Source: Octopus bimaculoides (lineage: Eukaryota). From it: a DNA stretch of 32,813 bases. Position numbers and translations under genes: made by a program. Below the pieces are notes generated by a model. The model saw only the letters and a list, made by a program, of their open reading frames with translations, was not told the DNA's origin and did no database searches. Positions 12,869 to 26,335 of the stretch are shown here, in pieces. The DNA is taken from the NCBI RefSeq assembly GCF_001194135.2, contig NC_068982.1, positions 80,443,669 to 80,476,481 on the forward strand. Reading direction: 5' to 3'. Every line of letters begins with the position of its first letter. Position 1 is the stretch's first letter.

Positions 12869-13681
12869 NNNNNNNNNNNNNNNNNNNNNNNNNNNNNNNN
12901 NNNNNNNNNNNNNNNNNNNNNNNNNNNNNNNNNNNNNNNNNNNNNNNNNNNNNNNNNNNNNNNNNNNNNNNNNNNNNNNNNNNNNNNNNNNNNNNNNNNN
13001 NNNNNNNNNNNNNNNNNNNNNNNNNNNNNNNNNNNNNNNNNNNNNNNNNNNNNNNNNNNNNNNNNNNNNNNNNNNNNNNNNNNNNNNNNNNNNNNNNNNN
13101 NNNNNNNNNNNNNNNNNNNNNNNNNNNNNNNNNNNNNNGAACGAAAATACAACGAAGAAAATGTGAGTAGAACAAGTTAAAGGAATCGGAGACAGAGTTA
13201 AAGACAAGTAAAGAAAGAAACAAAGAAAAAATAAACAATGATAAAAACCACAACAAAAGTAACGAATAAAAGAAAAACAAAAGAAAGCCATGATCAAAAA
13301 AAAAAGAAAAAAGGTTGTGAGAGAAAATTTCAGTCTGTTGCCAACATCGCAGTGTGAGTCTGGCTTTTGTACATCGTATTTCAATGTTTGACGTGTATAA
13401 AATGACTTTTTTATGCTTGCAGCAGTAAATTATAATGAAATGGGCTGTGTGTGTGTATGTGCGTGTGTGTTTGCGTGAGTGTATGCATGTGTATGTGTTT
13501 GTGTATGTGTGCGTGCGTGTGTGTGTGTGTGGTGATGTGGTGTTTGAACCGGCAGAATTAAAGTGGGAAATAAATATTGAACAAAAAAAAAAGAAAAATT
13601 AAAATGCAGAAATAAATAATTTCAAAATGAATAAATAAAACAACAGTTTGGAAGGCATAGATACATAAAAATATTAATAAA

Positions 13682-14484
13682 GTGATTAAGAATGTATGTA
13701 TATATGTATCTATGTATGTATGTACGTATGTATGTATTTACATACATATATATCTATATAGCTACATACACATACATGTTTTATATATGCAAGCACATAT
13801 GCAAATGTGGTATCCGTTTGTTTATATAGTTATGTATGTGTGTGTGTGCATTAATATATATATATATATATATATATATGCAACCATATATATAAGTGCA
13901 ATATTCCTTTGTTTACACATATGCATATAGACACATATACATATATATGCATATACATATATATATACAGATATATATACGTATACATATATTTACATAT
14001 ATAGATATGTATATATATATACATACATATGTACATATATANNNNNNNNNNATACATACTAAATATAGACATGCATATATGTATACGTGCATCCACACGC
14101 ACATACACAGACACATACACACGCACACTCACATACACAGACACGTACACACGCACACTCACATACATGTGTATGTCTAAAACTTTGTGCATCGCAATTA
14201 AATGAATTATTTGGTATTTGTTTGTGATGTATGTGTAGGTGTGTGTATATGTGTATGTCCCTGTATGTGTGTTTGAGTGTGTGCGCGTCCATATACATTG
14301 CATAAATTCACATTTACAAACATACATGTACATATATGCACACACACACGCACACACACATACACATACACACACATATACATACGTATATAGGTGCGTA
14401 AGAGATTTTTTTTCATATTTATTGCTACAGATCACTAGATATATATACACATGTACAGACCACGTGAAATATGACTGAGTGTGC

Positions 14485-14516
<32 letters not shown>

Positions 14517-14880
14517 NNNNNNNNNNNNNNNNNNNNNNNNNNNNNNNNNNNNNNNNNNNNNNNNNNNNNNNNNNNNNNNNNNNNNNNNNNNNNNNNNNNN
14601 NNNNNNNNNNNNNNNNNNNNNNNNNNNNNNNNNNNNNNNNNNNNNNNNNNNNNNNNNNNNNNNNNNNNNNNNNNNNNNNNNNNNNNNNNNNNNNNNNNNN
14701 NNNNNNNNNNNNNNNNNNNNNNNNNNNNNNNNNNNNNNNNNNNNNNNNNNNNNNNNNNNNNNNNNNNNNNNNNNNNNNNNNNNNNNNNNNNNNNNNNNNN
14801 NNNNNNNNNNNTATATATATATATATATATATATATATTCACATATACAAATACACACACACACACACACACACATATAT
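13682..14880. repeat. (TA)n/(CA)n/(TACA)n microsatellite-rich block with gaps
   Basis: Directly visible. Confidence 0.9.
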
Positions 14881-15858
14881 AGTCGTTTGAAATATGTAGT
14901 ATATATGTCTCTAGTAATTAATGAATCAGTGAAGGTAATTAGTAAATTTGAAGAGGTTGATAACAACCACGCCACCAGTAGCAATATCATGTCCACCCAT
15001 ATTCATGCGTACACCGCCGGTCTGCCATTATTTCTATAATTTTATCACCATCATGATCATCATAATCATCATAATCATGATCGTAATCATCACCACCACC
15101 ACCACCATCACAACATGGTCTTTCTCTTTCTCCCTTACGCTTCTGAACTGCCTGCTCTTGCGCCTCCTGCTCTTGTTCCTGCTGTTCTTGCTACTCTCCC
15201 TCCTCCCCTCCCCTTGCTCCTCCTTCTCCTCCTCTTCCTCCCTCTCATCATCATCACCATCATGTATAGAAGTCTCTAAATGGTCGTTGCACCTGTTAGA
15301 AATAGAAGTTAATTACCCTGAAAACGCATCCATATTGTTTTAGAAATTGGAAGAAAATAAAGGATAGTTATTTATCCCTAAGAATTTGTGATGGCCAAAG
15401 CTGGAATATCATTGATCATAGGTATGCTGCATTGAGGCTGACCTGTGGCTAAATAACAAGAACAACAACTAAGAAAAGAGAAAAACAAAAGCAATAACAA
15501 TAATTGTGACAGTAAATATTGCATTGTGGTCAATAAATACTGGTAACTATGGCAACAATAATGATATCAGTAACAGAAACCAGACGGTAGATCGGTCGTA
15601 AGATTAACATAAGAACAGCAGCAACAACTAAAACAACAGTAACATTAACTTTAACAACAGTAGCAACAACAACACTCATATTAGCCACAACAACAACAGC
15701 AGCAAAAATAGCATAAACAACAAGAAGAACAACGATTACAGTCATAAAAATAAACAGCAACAAATGTCGGGAGAAAAACAACGATAAGAACTGCAACAAC
15801 AATAACAAGAACACCGACTATGTCTATAACCCCTCTGATTGACCTCTTAACATTAAGC

Positions 15859-16216
15859 CAGTGTTTTTTAAACATTTTTCTTACCCACGGACCCTTTGAT
15901 TCCCATTTTACTCAGATGGACCCTACTTGCCATTCGATGTTTAAAAAGTTGTTTATTCAGAGTCTAATATTATTCGGAATTGCACCAAAGACATGTTGGA
16001 ATATTTTGTCTATTGTAGAAGTATATCTAATTTACTCTCTTACTCTTTTACTCTTTTACTTGTTTCAGTCATTTGACTGTGGCCATGCTGGAGCACCGCC
16101 TTTAGTCGAGCAAATCGACCCTAAGACTTATTCTTTAGAAGCCTAGTACTTATTCTATCGGTCTCTTTTGCCGAACCGCTAAGTTACGGGTACGTAAACA
16201 CACCACCATCGGTTAC

Positions 16217-16293
<77 letters not shown>

Positions 16294-16471
16294 TACGACG
16301 GGCTTCTTTCAGTTTCCGTCTACCAAATCCACTCACAAGGCTTTGGTCGGCCCGAGGCTATAGTAGAAGACACTTGCCCAAGGTGCCACGCAGATAAAAT
16401 TTTAAAACAAAATCTTCTATGGACCCCGCCTCCCCACCGAGGGCTAATCCGACTCCGGTTGAGAACCACTG
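15859..16471. mobile_element. hAT (Charlie-like) MITE interrupted by a SINE
   Basis: The left end CAGTGTTTTTTAAAC matches the reverse complement of the right end, CAGTGGTTCTCAACC, at 11/15. Internal ATGGACCC motifs occur near both ends. The possible 8-bp TSD is degenerate (cattaagc vs ctctaagc). Confidence 0.7.
16032..16393 (-). mobile_element. CORE-type tRNA-SINE, 5'-truncated, with internal (CA)n(TA)n
   Basis: The minus strand reads CTGCGTGGCACCTTGGGCAAGTGTCTTCTACTATAGCCTCGGG (CORE-like), then a microsatellite and a 3' part ending in an (AGTAAAAG)-like tail. It matches other copies in this window. The tRNA head seen at 26336 is missing. Confidence 0.9.
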
Positions 16472-17807
16472 CCTCTAAGCAATAATATGTCCATCTCTAC
16501 TCATACAACCACTGCCAGTCTGTCATCATTTCTATAATTTTATCACCATCATGATCATCATGATAATGATTATGACCACCACCACCACCACATCCTCCTC
16601 CTCTATATCATCATCATCATCATATATGGAAGCCTTTAAATGTTTGCATATAATACCAGTAATTGTAGATGCAACAACAGAACCACCAACCACCACCACA
16701 GCCATCACCTTTTAGCAATAACAAAATTAGTTGCCGTGAGTGAATTGTCTCGGCAGCCATCTTTACAACATTGACCACGCAATAACAAAACGAAAACAGC
16801 AACAACAAAAACATCCACAACAGATGCAGAATAGCAACAAGGAACCATGGGTAATATCACCGTGACAAGGATAAAACCATCACCATCAACATTAGCAGCA
16901 GCAGCAACAACAACAACAGTGAAAAAGAGCAATAAAACACCAGAACAGTGGCAACATCAGAAGCAATAAGGAACAAAACAATATTAAGAACTAAAATGGT
17001 TTTGTAACAGGTGAGTGTGGGAGGCTTTCTCTGCCAGAGGGTATAAATCATTTTTATATTTTTCAGCAACGAATAGTAAATTCGCTGATATATGGTAAGC
17101 TTTGTCAAGCTGGAATGAATCAATTAGAGGAAGACTAAGCAAAGGTGATTTGCTTTTGAAATAAAAGAACTGCATTTGTTTGTGAGCCGTGAAATGACGG
17201 ATTCGGTGTCCGTTACTGATGAAATGTAACGAAGTAGAAACAGGTATCCTACTGCATGATGACGTCATTCATATTCCAGTGGTGTATTTTTCACAAACAT
17301 TGTCTGCGAGAATTTCTCTCCAGAGACTATTTCAGCAGTGAAAGTCTTTCCACGTTTGAGTGTGTACGGAAATGCTAAATATAATCGTATACACATGTAC
17401 TAGAAAATTTTAAGCACAGAGAAAAAACAAAGAAACATTTATCGTCGCAATAGGATTTCAGAAACAGAAGATCCTAAAGAAATATATTGGTTCTATATTT
17501 TTAGGTAATGGTACTATGATTGATGTATTTCAAATTATGAGAACAAAGAATAATAAAACTGAATAATATTCTTGTGTCTGTGGAGAAAAGAATTTTAACA
17601 CTACAGCAAGCGTCCTTCATTTCTGAAGACACTTTGTCATTTAAAATATTGTCATTTAAAATATCAAAAAGTTTTGTCGACGTAGTTTAAAATTATAGAT
17701 TTTTGCCATGTTGTCGAAAGGTCGTAAGAATGAGAGAAACTCGTAGATAAAATGAATTATATAGAAACCTGATTCACTGAAGAATTGGACGATACACCTT
17801 AATTTCA

Positions 17808-17848
<41 letters not shown>

Positions 17849-17930
17849 ACACACATACACACATGTATATATGCGTGTATGGATGTATGTGAATGTATAT
17901 GTGTGTGTATGTGTATGTGTGTGTGTGTAT

Positions 17931-18703
17931 TATTTAATAAACACATTATATGTTTTTATGTGTTACTATTAGTTTCATGTGCTGAGAACATGCCAAACAG
18001 TATTTTTAAACATGTCTGATGTCCTAGCACAGTCATCAGACTCTGTTAAAATGGCATAACGAGCTAAAAATGGGACGAGAATAAAAGCGAAAAAGGCTAG
18101 AAGGAAGTATATATAAAAGATGGAAGGTTGAAAATCCGGAAAACGAGAAAGAAAAATCAGAATGAAGCAAAAGCGGTGAAATATAGTTATTTTCTCTAGG
18201 CTGTAAATTATAAAGTTGAAAAGTTTATGGTTTAAAGTCTATGGTACAGTTATTCAATCCGGAAAGGGAGGCACTTTCCGATTCGTCAACAGGAAGTTAG
18301 CTATATGCTTACAACCGCCGAATATTTCGGATCTAGAGTTCAGCAGTGAGTTAGAGATCTCAGATCTGAAAAGAATCCCTTTCAGATTGAATAACTGTAC
18401 ACTGATTCTAAGCCACTATCTTTTCAGCCTTATAATTTAGGATCTAAAGGAAATAACTATTTCCCCTATTGCTTCTTTTTGATTTCTCTATTGTTTTCCG
18501 GTTTTTCAAACTTTCTCCTTTCATACTTCTTTCTCACCTCTTTTCGCTTTTTCTGTCGTCCGATTCTTAGTTTGTTATGCCATGTGAGAAGTGTCTGATG
18601 ATTGTGCTAGGATACCAGATGTGTTATGAAAAACTGTTTGGCATGTTCTCAGCACATGAAACTATTAGTAATACATAAAAACATATCTTGCGTTTATCAA
18701 ATA
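17931..18703. repeat. Long imperfect inverted repeat (fold-back/MITE-like)
   Basis: Arms ~17931-18268 and ~18377-18703 are reverse complements, e.g. agtttcatgtgctgagaacatgccaaacag / ctgtttggcatgttctcagcacatgaaact and gtacagttattcaatc / gattgaataactgtac. The spacer is ~108 bp. Confidence 0.9.
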
Positions 18704-18751
18704 TTTATCTCCCACCAGATGGAGTACCTTTTTGTTGATCATAGAATAGTA

Positions 18752-18809
<58 letters not shown>

Positions 18810-18851
18810 TATATTGGTAACGGTTGCTACATCCTCTGGGAAAATTATTAT

Positions 18852-18888
<37 letters not shown>

Positions 18889-18889
<1 letters not shown>

Positions 18890-18978
18890 TCTTTTATTCT
18901 GTTACTTGTTTCAGTCATTTGACTGCAGCCATACTTGAGCACCGCCTTTAGCTGAACAAATCGACCCCAGAACTTGTT
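18889..18978 (-). mobile_element. SINE 3' fragment (same family as 16032-16393)
   Basis: 'acttgtttcagtcatttgactgcagccatacttgagcaccgcctttag..aaatcgacccc' matches 16058-16120. Confidence 0.85.
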
Positions 18979-19483
18979 CCGTGTAAGAATAAGAGAAAGT
19001 TAAAAAAGCCTTTCCTAGGCATAGTACCAGGCTATTCTTAACTCCCACTATCCCCCTGTGCTACTATAAATCATATTCGGCTGTAGCTATGCATTATTTA
19101 CTAAATCTCATTCCGCCACGTAAATACCAAAGAGAAACAACGTAATTATTTTGGTTGTTGGTACTGATATAGGTTGCCCTAAAAAATGGTTTATACTTTA
19201 TGTTGGAAATTTATATGTCTGGCTGCTTCTGAGGACAGCGGTTTATTTCATATTGATGTAATGTCTTCATTGATCAATTAAACGGAGCCGCTTGTAACGG
19301 CCATAATGCACTAATACTTGGAAGTACTTGTTACGTATTTGCTTTTTCTTCACCAAACTTCGAGCTGCGTGGACTTTACTGAACGGCCTTGGTGCCTTAG
19401 TTTAAGTACCTAGTTCAACTGAATCTCAATTACATATATATACATACATGCATACATACATACATACACACACATACACACAG

Positions 19484-19518
<35 letters not shown>

Positions 19519-19548
19519 CATAAATGTATGTTCCTTTGTGTTTGTGTA

Positions 19549-19626
<78 letters not shown>

Positions 19627-19790
19627 GTTTATGAGGGTTACTTAATACAGTTTTAGAAGTGCAAAGGTGATTTTAAGAAAAATATTTTCAGGAGTGTTAT
19701 GAAATCTTTTATCAGGATATTATTAACCATTTTGTGGCAGACGTTTTTTTCTATTGTGTGAGCACTTTCGTTAAACTTTTCAAACACACG

Positions 19791-19945
19791 TGTGTGTTCT
19801 TTCGTGCCTGTGTTTGTTCCCCCTCCACCACTTCACAACTGGTGATGGTGTGTTTACGTCCCTGTAACGCAGAGGTACTGTAAAAGAGACCAATAGAATA
19901 AGTACCAAGCTTAAAACGTATTGGGTTCGATTCGTTCGATTAAAA
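19791..19945 (+). mobile_element. SINE 3'-half fragment (same family)
   Basis: 'ggtgtgtttacgtccctgtaac..aaaagagaccaatagaataagtacc' is the reverse complement of 16145-16206. Confidence 0.8.
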
Positions 19946-20024
19946 TTACATATACATACATACATACATGCATACATACATACATACATACATACATGCT
20001 TACATCTATCTATCTATCTATCTA

Positions 20025-20105
<81 letters not shown>

Positions 20106-20106
<1 letters not shown>

Positions 20107-20871
20107 GTAGGGTATAATACAACTTGCTAAAATCAGGGCCAATGCTCGAAAACCACCAAAACCTCACGATAAAGATACACACTAGCAATGCAATGAACAT
20201 ATTAGAAATAGGCTTACCTTTGCGTTGAATACATCAATAAGTAATGTATATTTCAGTTCCAATTGATTTCACTCTCTGTATGACAAATAGAGTTTACGGT
20301 GGTTTTCGAGTTTTGGCTCTGAATTTAGTAAGTGGTATGATATATGTTACTGAATCTAGATTTGCTTTATATTGTGCCTGTAACGGTGTGAACCTCCTCG
20401 CTACTTTATTATTACCTTATTAATACTATCAATAACAGTATATAATAACATCTTTATTTAAAATTTATTCGTGCTCACAATAGTTCTCTTTTAAACGGAG
20501 CGGGATGTTTAAAGCAAGGAACGCACACGAGCTAATATAGTGAATATTTTAGAAACAGATGTTAAAATGTCATTTTCAGCTGAAGATCTCAGAGTATGTT
20601 GGTCATACAAAGGGTGAAATCAATTGGTATTGAAATATACATTACTTACTGATGTATTCAACGCAAAGGTAAGCCTATTTCTAAAATATTCATTCCATTG
20701 CTCGTGTGTATCTTTATTGTGAGTTTCTGGTGGTTTTCGAGCCTTGGGTCTGATTTTAGCAAGTGGTATTATATACCCTACTAAATTTAAATTTGCCTTA
20801 TATTGTGCCTGTAACGATGTGAACTTGCTATTCACCTTATTATTACCTTATTAATACCATTAATAACGGTA
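20106..20871. repeat. Inverted plus direct repeat complex of an unidentified element
   Basis: 20106-20284 is the reverse complement of 20602-20782, and 20298-20441 is a direct repeat of 20729-20871. Confidence 0.9.
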
Positions 20872-20882
20872 ATAATATTTAA

Positions 20883-20932
<50 letters not shown>

Positions 20933-21553
20933 ACCATGAGGATATATAGGTACCTTGTGAAATATTAATGGAATGACAGAAAACTAGATTGACGCACACA
21001 TAGATGGATAAACAGGCCGATAGTCTAATTGGAAAAGATACAAGAGGAGCAATATAACATATAGATAGATAAATATATACATAAATGAGTAGATAGATAG
21101 TTACTTAGACAGGCAGATGCAAAGATTGATGAATTTATATATACTTTATTTGAATGAGTACAATAATATTTCTGTAAAAAAGTTTATATAGAAGCTTTTA
21201 AAATTTGATGATAGTAATTGATAGAGAAGAAAGACAAAAATGGTAAAGAGAAAAGTATTGGATAGACTGAAATGTTGAATGTAGGAGACAGTGAGATTGA
21301 ATGGAGTATTGATGGTTGGAGACAAGAGGTGAAGAATGGAAGGTGACAGACGAAGAACAGAAGTATGGAAGATTGGAGACGGAGAGACTGAAGTACTGAA
21401 AATTAGAAAGAGAAACTGAATGAAGTATGGAGGGCAGCAGACGATGACTAAAAGTGTGGAAGACAGGAGACAAGAGACAAAAGTACTGAACCTCGGAAAC
21501 AAAACAGAACTGAGGTATAGAAAGTGAGAGAGAGAGAGAGGGGTGAGAGTGTA

Positions 21554-21589
<36 letters not shown>

Positions 21590-22683
21590 GGAGATGAAAA
21601 CTAGGCGACAGAGAGCTCGGTAATAGAAACTAGGCGACAAAAGACTGCTGGTTGCAGGAACTAGGAGTTTCAAACTAAAAACTAATCAATGCGCAAAAAA
21701 AAAAAAAAAAATTAAATTAAATAATATACAATGTGTTGCTTTGCAATACATTCCTTTTTAAAGTTAATGAGAACAAAACAAAAAGATTGCTATATAAAGG
21801 TGGTGCTGAAATCTCAACAGCAGCGCCTTCTTCAAAATTCTTCCAAATATTTGCGTTTTATCCAGAAAGTTCAGTAAAAGGAAGGTCTTGAGCGAGTGAA
21901 AATAACAACAGTCGTTGCCACGAATATGTAGAAAGGATTNNNNNNNNNNNNNNNNNNNNNNNNNNNNNNNNNNNNNNNNNNNNNNNNNNNNNNNNNNNNN
22001 NNNNNNNNNNNNNNNNNNNNNNNNNNNNNNNNNNNNNNNNNNNNNNNNNNNNNNNNNNNNNNNNNNNNNNNNNNNNNNNNNNNNNNNNNNNNNNNNNNNN
22101 NNNNNNNNNNNNNNNNNNNNNNNNNNNNNNNNNNNNNNNNNNNNNNNNNNNNNNNNNNNNNNNNNNNNNNNNNNNNNNNNNNNNNNNNNNNNNNNNNNNN
22201 NNNNNNNNNNNNNNNNNNNNNNNNNNNNNNNNNNNNNNNNNNNNNNNNNNNNNNNNNNNNNNNNNNNNNNNNNNNNNNNNNNNNNNNNNNNNNNNNNNNN
22301 NNNNNNNNNNNNNNNNNNNNNNNNNNNNNNNNNNNNNNNNNNNNNNNNNNNNNNNNNNNNNNNNNNNNNNNNNNNNNNNNNNNNNNNNNNNNNNNNNNNN
22401 NNNNNNNNNNNNNNNNNNNNNNNNNNNNNNNNNNNNNNNNNNNNNNNNNNNNNNNNNNNNNNNNNNNNNNNNNNNNNNNNNNNNNNNNNNNNNNNNNNNN
22501 NNNNNNNNNNNNNNNNNNNNNNNNNNNNNNNNNNNNNNNNNNNNNNNNNNNNNNNNNNNNNNNNNNNNNNNNNNNNNNNNNNNNNNNNNNNNNNNNNNNN
22601 NNNNNNNNNNNNNNNNNNNNNAGGTGGGGTAAGAGCACAAGGGAAGAAACAGTTTAACAGATACAATTGACATTTCCTTGCTC

Positions 22684-22684
22684 C

Positions 22685-22765
<81 letters not shown>

Positions 22766-23082
22766 TACTAGCAGCTACAAAACAGTAGAATAAATAGAAA
22801 CAACAAGAACAAAAGTGTTAACAATATTTTTAAAGCAATGACACTAAATGCGACAAAAAATAGCAACAAGGAACTTGGCTCAGATCTGTATTATCAGCAT
22901 GACATCAATATAACAGTTGAAGCAGCAGCAGTAGCAGTAGGAACAAGAACAACAACACTATGACAAATATAGCAGAGAGTCTAAGATTTAAAATAAACCA
23001 TAAAAAGATAAAATGTCTCTCCGTGATAACAATGAAAAATTTATCCTCAACAACAAAAATGACGATGAGAACAACAACAACG

Positions 23083-23116
<34 letters not shown>

Positions 23117-23500
23117 GTGCAATAATGGAAGGTACCGAAAGAACAGCAACAGCAACAAGACGAAATTTTCAGCAGTAACAACAGCAACAACAATTAGAAC
23201 AAAAATAACAACAACAAAGGCAGCGAGAGCAATAAAATCTTAAACAAAACCAACATTTGCTACTGATGCATCAGCAACAACAACAAAAACAATAGAAATT
23301 ACAATTATAAAAGTAGCAGCAACAATAAAAACTACAGAAATAACGATAACAACAACAACAGTAACAACGAAAGCAATATATTTAATAGTCGACAGCAAGA
23401 ACAACGACAATAACAGCTGGAAAAAACATTAGTAACAACAAAAACAACGAAAATAATAATAAAAACAACCACATCCTCCTCCTCCTCCTCCTCCTCCTCC

Positions 23501-23533
<33 letters not shown>

Positions 23534-23890
23534 GCTACAACAACAACAACAACAGCAACAATATGAACATCTACTGCAACACAAACAACACATGCATCAC
23601 AGTTGCAGGAATACCGAACAACTACAACTAATACAACAACAACAACAACAGTACATGGCGTACCACCACCACCACCACCACCCACCACAACAACAACCGC
23701 AATAACTACAACAACAACAACCAATATCCACAACAACAACGTCATTAACATCTACAGCAAACAAAAAAAATAATAATTGCTACAGCAGCATCAGCAACAA
23801 CAACACTGACAACAACATTAACAACAACAAAATCAACAACAACATCAACAACAACAGCAGCAGCAGCATCAACAGCAGAAGCAAGAAACA
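22684..23890. repeat. (TAA)n followed by ~1.1 kb of cryptically simple CAA/CAG/CAC/CAT/CCT triplets
   Basis: Directly visible; strongly A/C-rich on the plus strand. Confidence 0.85.
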
Positions 23891-24019
23891 CCGTCATTCT
23901 GCGCCATTTTATCACAGCCTTCACTAAAGTCACGTGGGCGTTTTCTCTTTGAAGCCGTACATTTCCTTCCAATACGAGTTCAAACGTGTTCTCTCTCTTT
24001 CAATTTTCCTGTGTGAGTA

Positions 24020-24037
24020 TATATGTTTGTGAGTGTG

Positions 24038-24089
<52 letters not shown>

Positions 24090-24610
24090 CGTGAATGTGT
24101 ATTGACATGTGGGTGAGAGTATGTGCGTTTGGACGTGTACCACCATATATATATATATGTGTGTGTGTGTAAGTACACACATGTAAATACGGATGTAAGC
24201 ATATATGTTTTTACATCTGTACTCATACATATATATATGTATGTGTATGTATATATATATATATGTATGCATATATATATGTACATACACACATATATGT
24301 GTATTTATATACATTCGTACATCTATATATATACATCGTACATATGTATGCATATGTATGCATACATACATTTATACATATACACACATATATATATATA
24401 TTCATTTGCACGCAATGTGTTCATATATTCATACATATATATGTAAAAGTCTACACCTACATACACATGCATACACACATACGTACAACCAAAGATAGAC
24501 CTATACATATCTATACGTATGTGCTTGTGTGTGTTGTGTGTGTGCGCGCATGCGCGCGCAATTGGGTGTGTATGCGCGCTTGTATGTATATATGTATGTA
24601 TACATGGTTT
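24020..24610. repeat. (TG)n/(TA)n/(TACA)n microsatellite block
   Basis: Directly visible. Confidence 0.9.
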
Positions 24611-25172
24611 CACAAACATGGACGACCGTAGCTATATCTGTGTATATCGTTTCATTTCCTCTCTGCCTCTCTTTTCCTCTCTCTCACTCTCTCTTTCTCT
24701 CTCTCCCTCTGCATCTATCACCAACTCACCCTTTTTCTCCATTTTCCTTCCTTCCTCTCTCGCTTATTCTCTCTCTCTCTCTCACCCTCCCACTCTCTAT
24801 TTTTGGTTTTTAGTTTAGTTCTTGTTCAAATCGGTGAATGATAGGATTTGGAAACGCTTAGTTAATCCAAGACTCTAACCATTCTAATCAGTTGCAGGCA
24901 GGAAACGGTTCAGTACAGAAGCATAGCTTTTGTTTCCGTATTTATTTATTTATTTATTTATTTATTTGTTTATTTATTTATGTATTTATTTTTCTCTGTT
25001 CTTTCTGGATTCATGCGACCAATTTTATCTTTGAAGTCTTGGATTCGTCTCTAGTTTTTAACTCGGTAACCGTTCTGTCTGCCTGTCTGCCTGTTTCTTT
25101 CTCACTCTCTCTTCGTATCGCATATACATACTCGCATGTACGCACACATTTCTTTGAATATATGTTTCATGC

Positions 25173-25225
<53 letters not shown>

Positions 25226-25438
25226 NNNNNNNNNNNNNNNNNNNNNNNNNNNNNNNNNNNNNNNNNNNNNNNNNNNNNNNNNNNNNNNNNNNNNNNNNNN
25301 NNNNNNNNNNNNNNNNNNNNNNNNNNNNNNNNNNNNNNNNNNNNNNNNNNNNNNNNNNNNNNNNNNNNNNNNNNNNNNNNNNNNNNNNNNNNNNNNNNNN
25401 NNNNNNNNNNNNNNNNNNNNNNNNNNNNNNNNNNNNNN

Positions 25439-25503
<65 letters not shown>

Positions 25504-25570
25504 GTATACGCAGCTGTTTTTTTCGTCTAAAACATCAAAAGATTTGGAGCACCAAACTGGAATTACGCCC

Positions 25571-25603
<33 letters not shown>

Positions 25604-26335
25604 CTTCGCTCTCGCTCTCTTTCGCTGACTCACTCACTCACTCACTCACTCACTCAATCGCTCGCTCACTCTCATTCTCTCTCTTTCTCTTTGTGTATCT
25701 ATCTATCTATTTATCTATTTATCACACGAAGCCTAATTTGTCCCCTCATTCTGCATTTCTTTACATCTCTTTTTTATTGTCTCTTCATCTTTCTTTACAA
25801 TGAAAAGCGTGTCAGGAGAAATTAACCAGCAAACCAACCAACCAACCAAAATTTTAATCGGCCGCTGTTATTATGTAGAAATAATAAATATTTGTCTATA
25901 TTAGATTCAAGATGTTCGAGAATGATTTGTCAAATAGCGTATAATGTTAGATTTTTTACTTGCATGTGAGAGGTGACGCTTTTACCTGTGATGTTAATGG
26001 TATTTTAAATAGTAACTCTTTCATGCTGAAGGGTAACAAGGTACAGGGAATCGGGTAGTATTAGAAATAAAATTAGGGGAGATAATCTTGTGATTAGTTG
26101 AAAGTCTTTGAGAAAAAATTGTGACATACAATGTGAAATTGCTTTTGATCGATGATGAAAACAATAAATTAATTTAAGATTAGAAGAGATCAGGATTATA
26201 GATTTGGAGTTAGGGTCCAATTAAACCCTAAGAAAATGTCATGCTTTACAACCTGTTATGGAGTTTATTACAAAGTATCTATCACATTGTGGTCACTGCA
26301 GATAACAGAGTTGCAAATTATTTACTAATATGTAT

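Noticed and set aside
17212-17245. CGTTA-CTGATGA-AATG-TAACG..GAAAC hammerhead look-alike
   Set aside because: The pairing flanks the core in the wrong topology and there is no stem II before GAAA.
17624-17655. TTGTCATTTAAAATA repeated twice
   Set aside because: Simple 15-bp slippage duplication; unremarkable.
21146-21673. 175-aa minus-strand ORF and loosely repeated GA-rich units
   Set aside because: Purine-rich low-complexity DNA with (GA)n/(GT)n and no recognisable domain.
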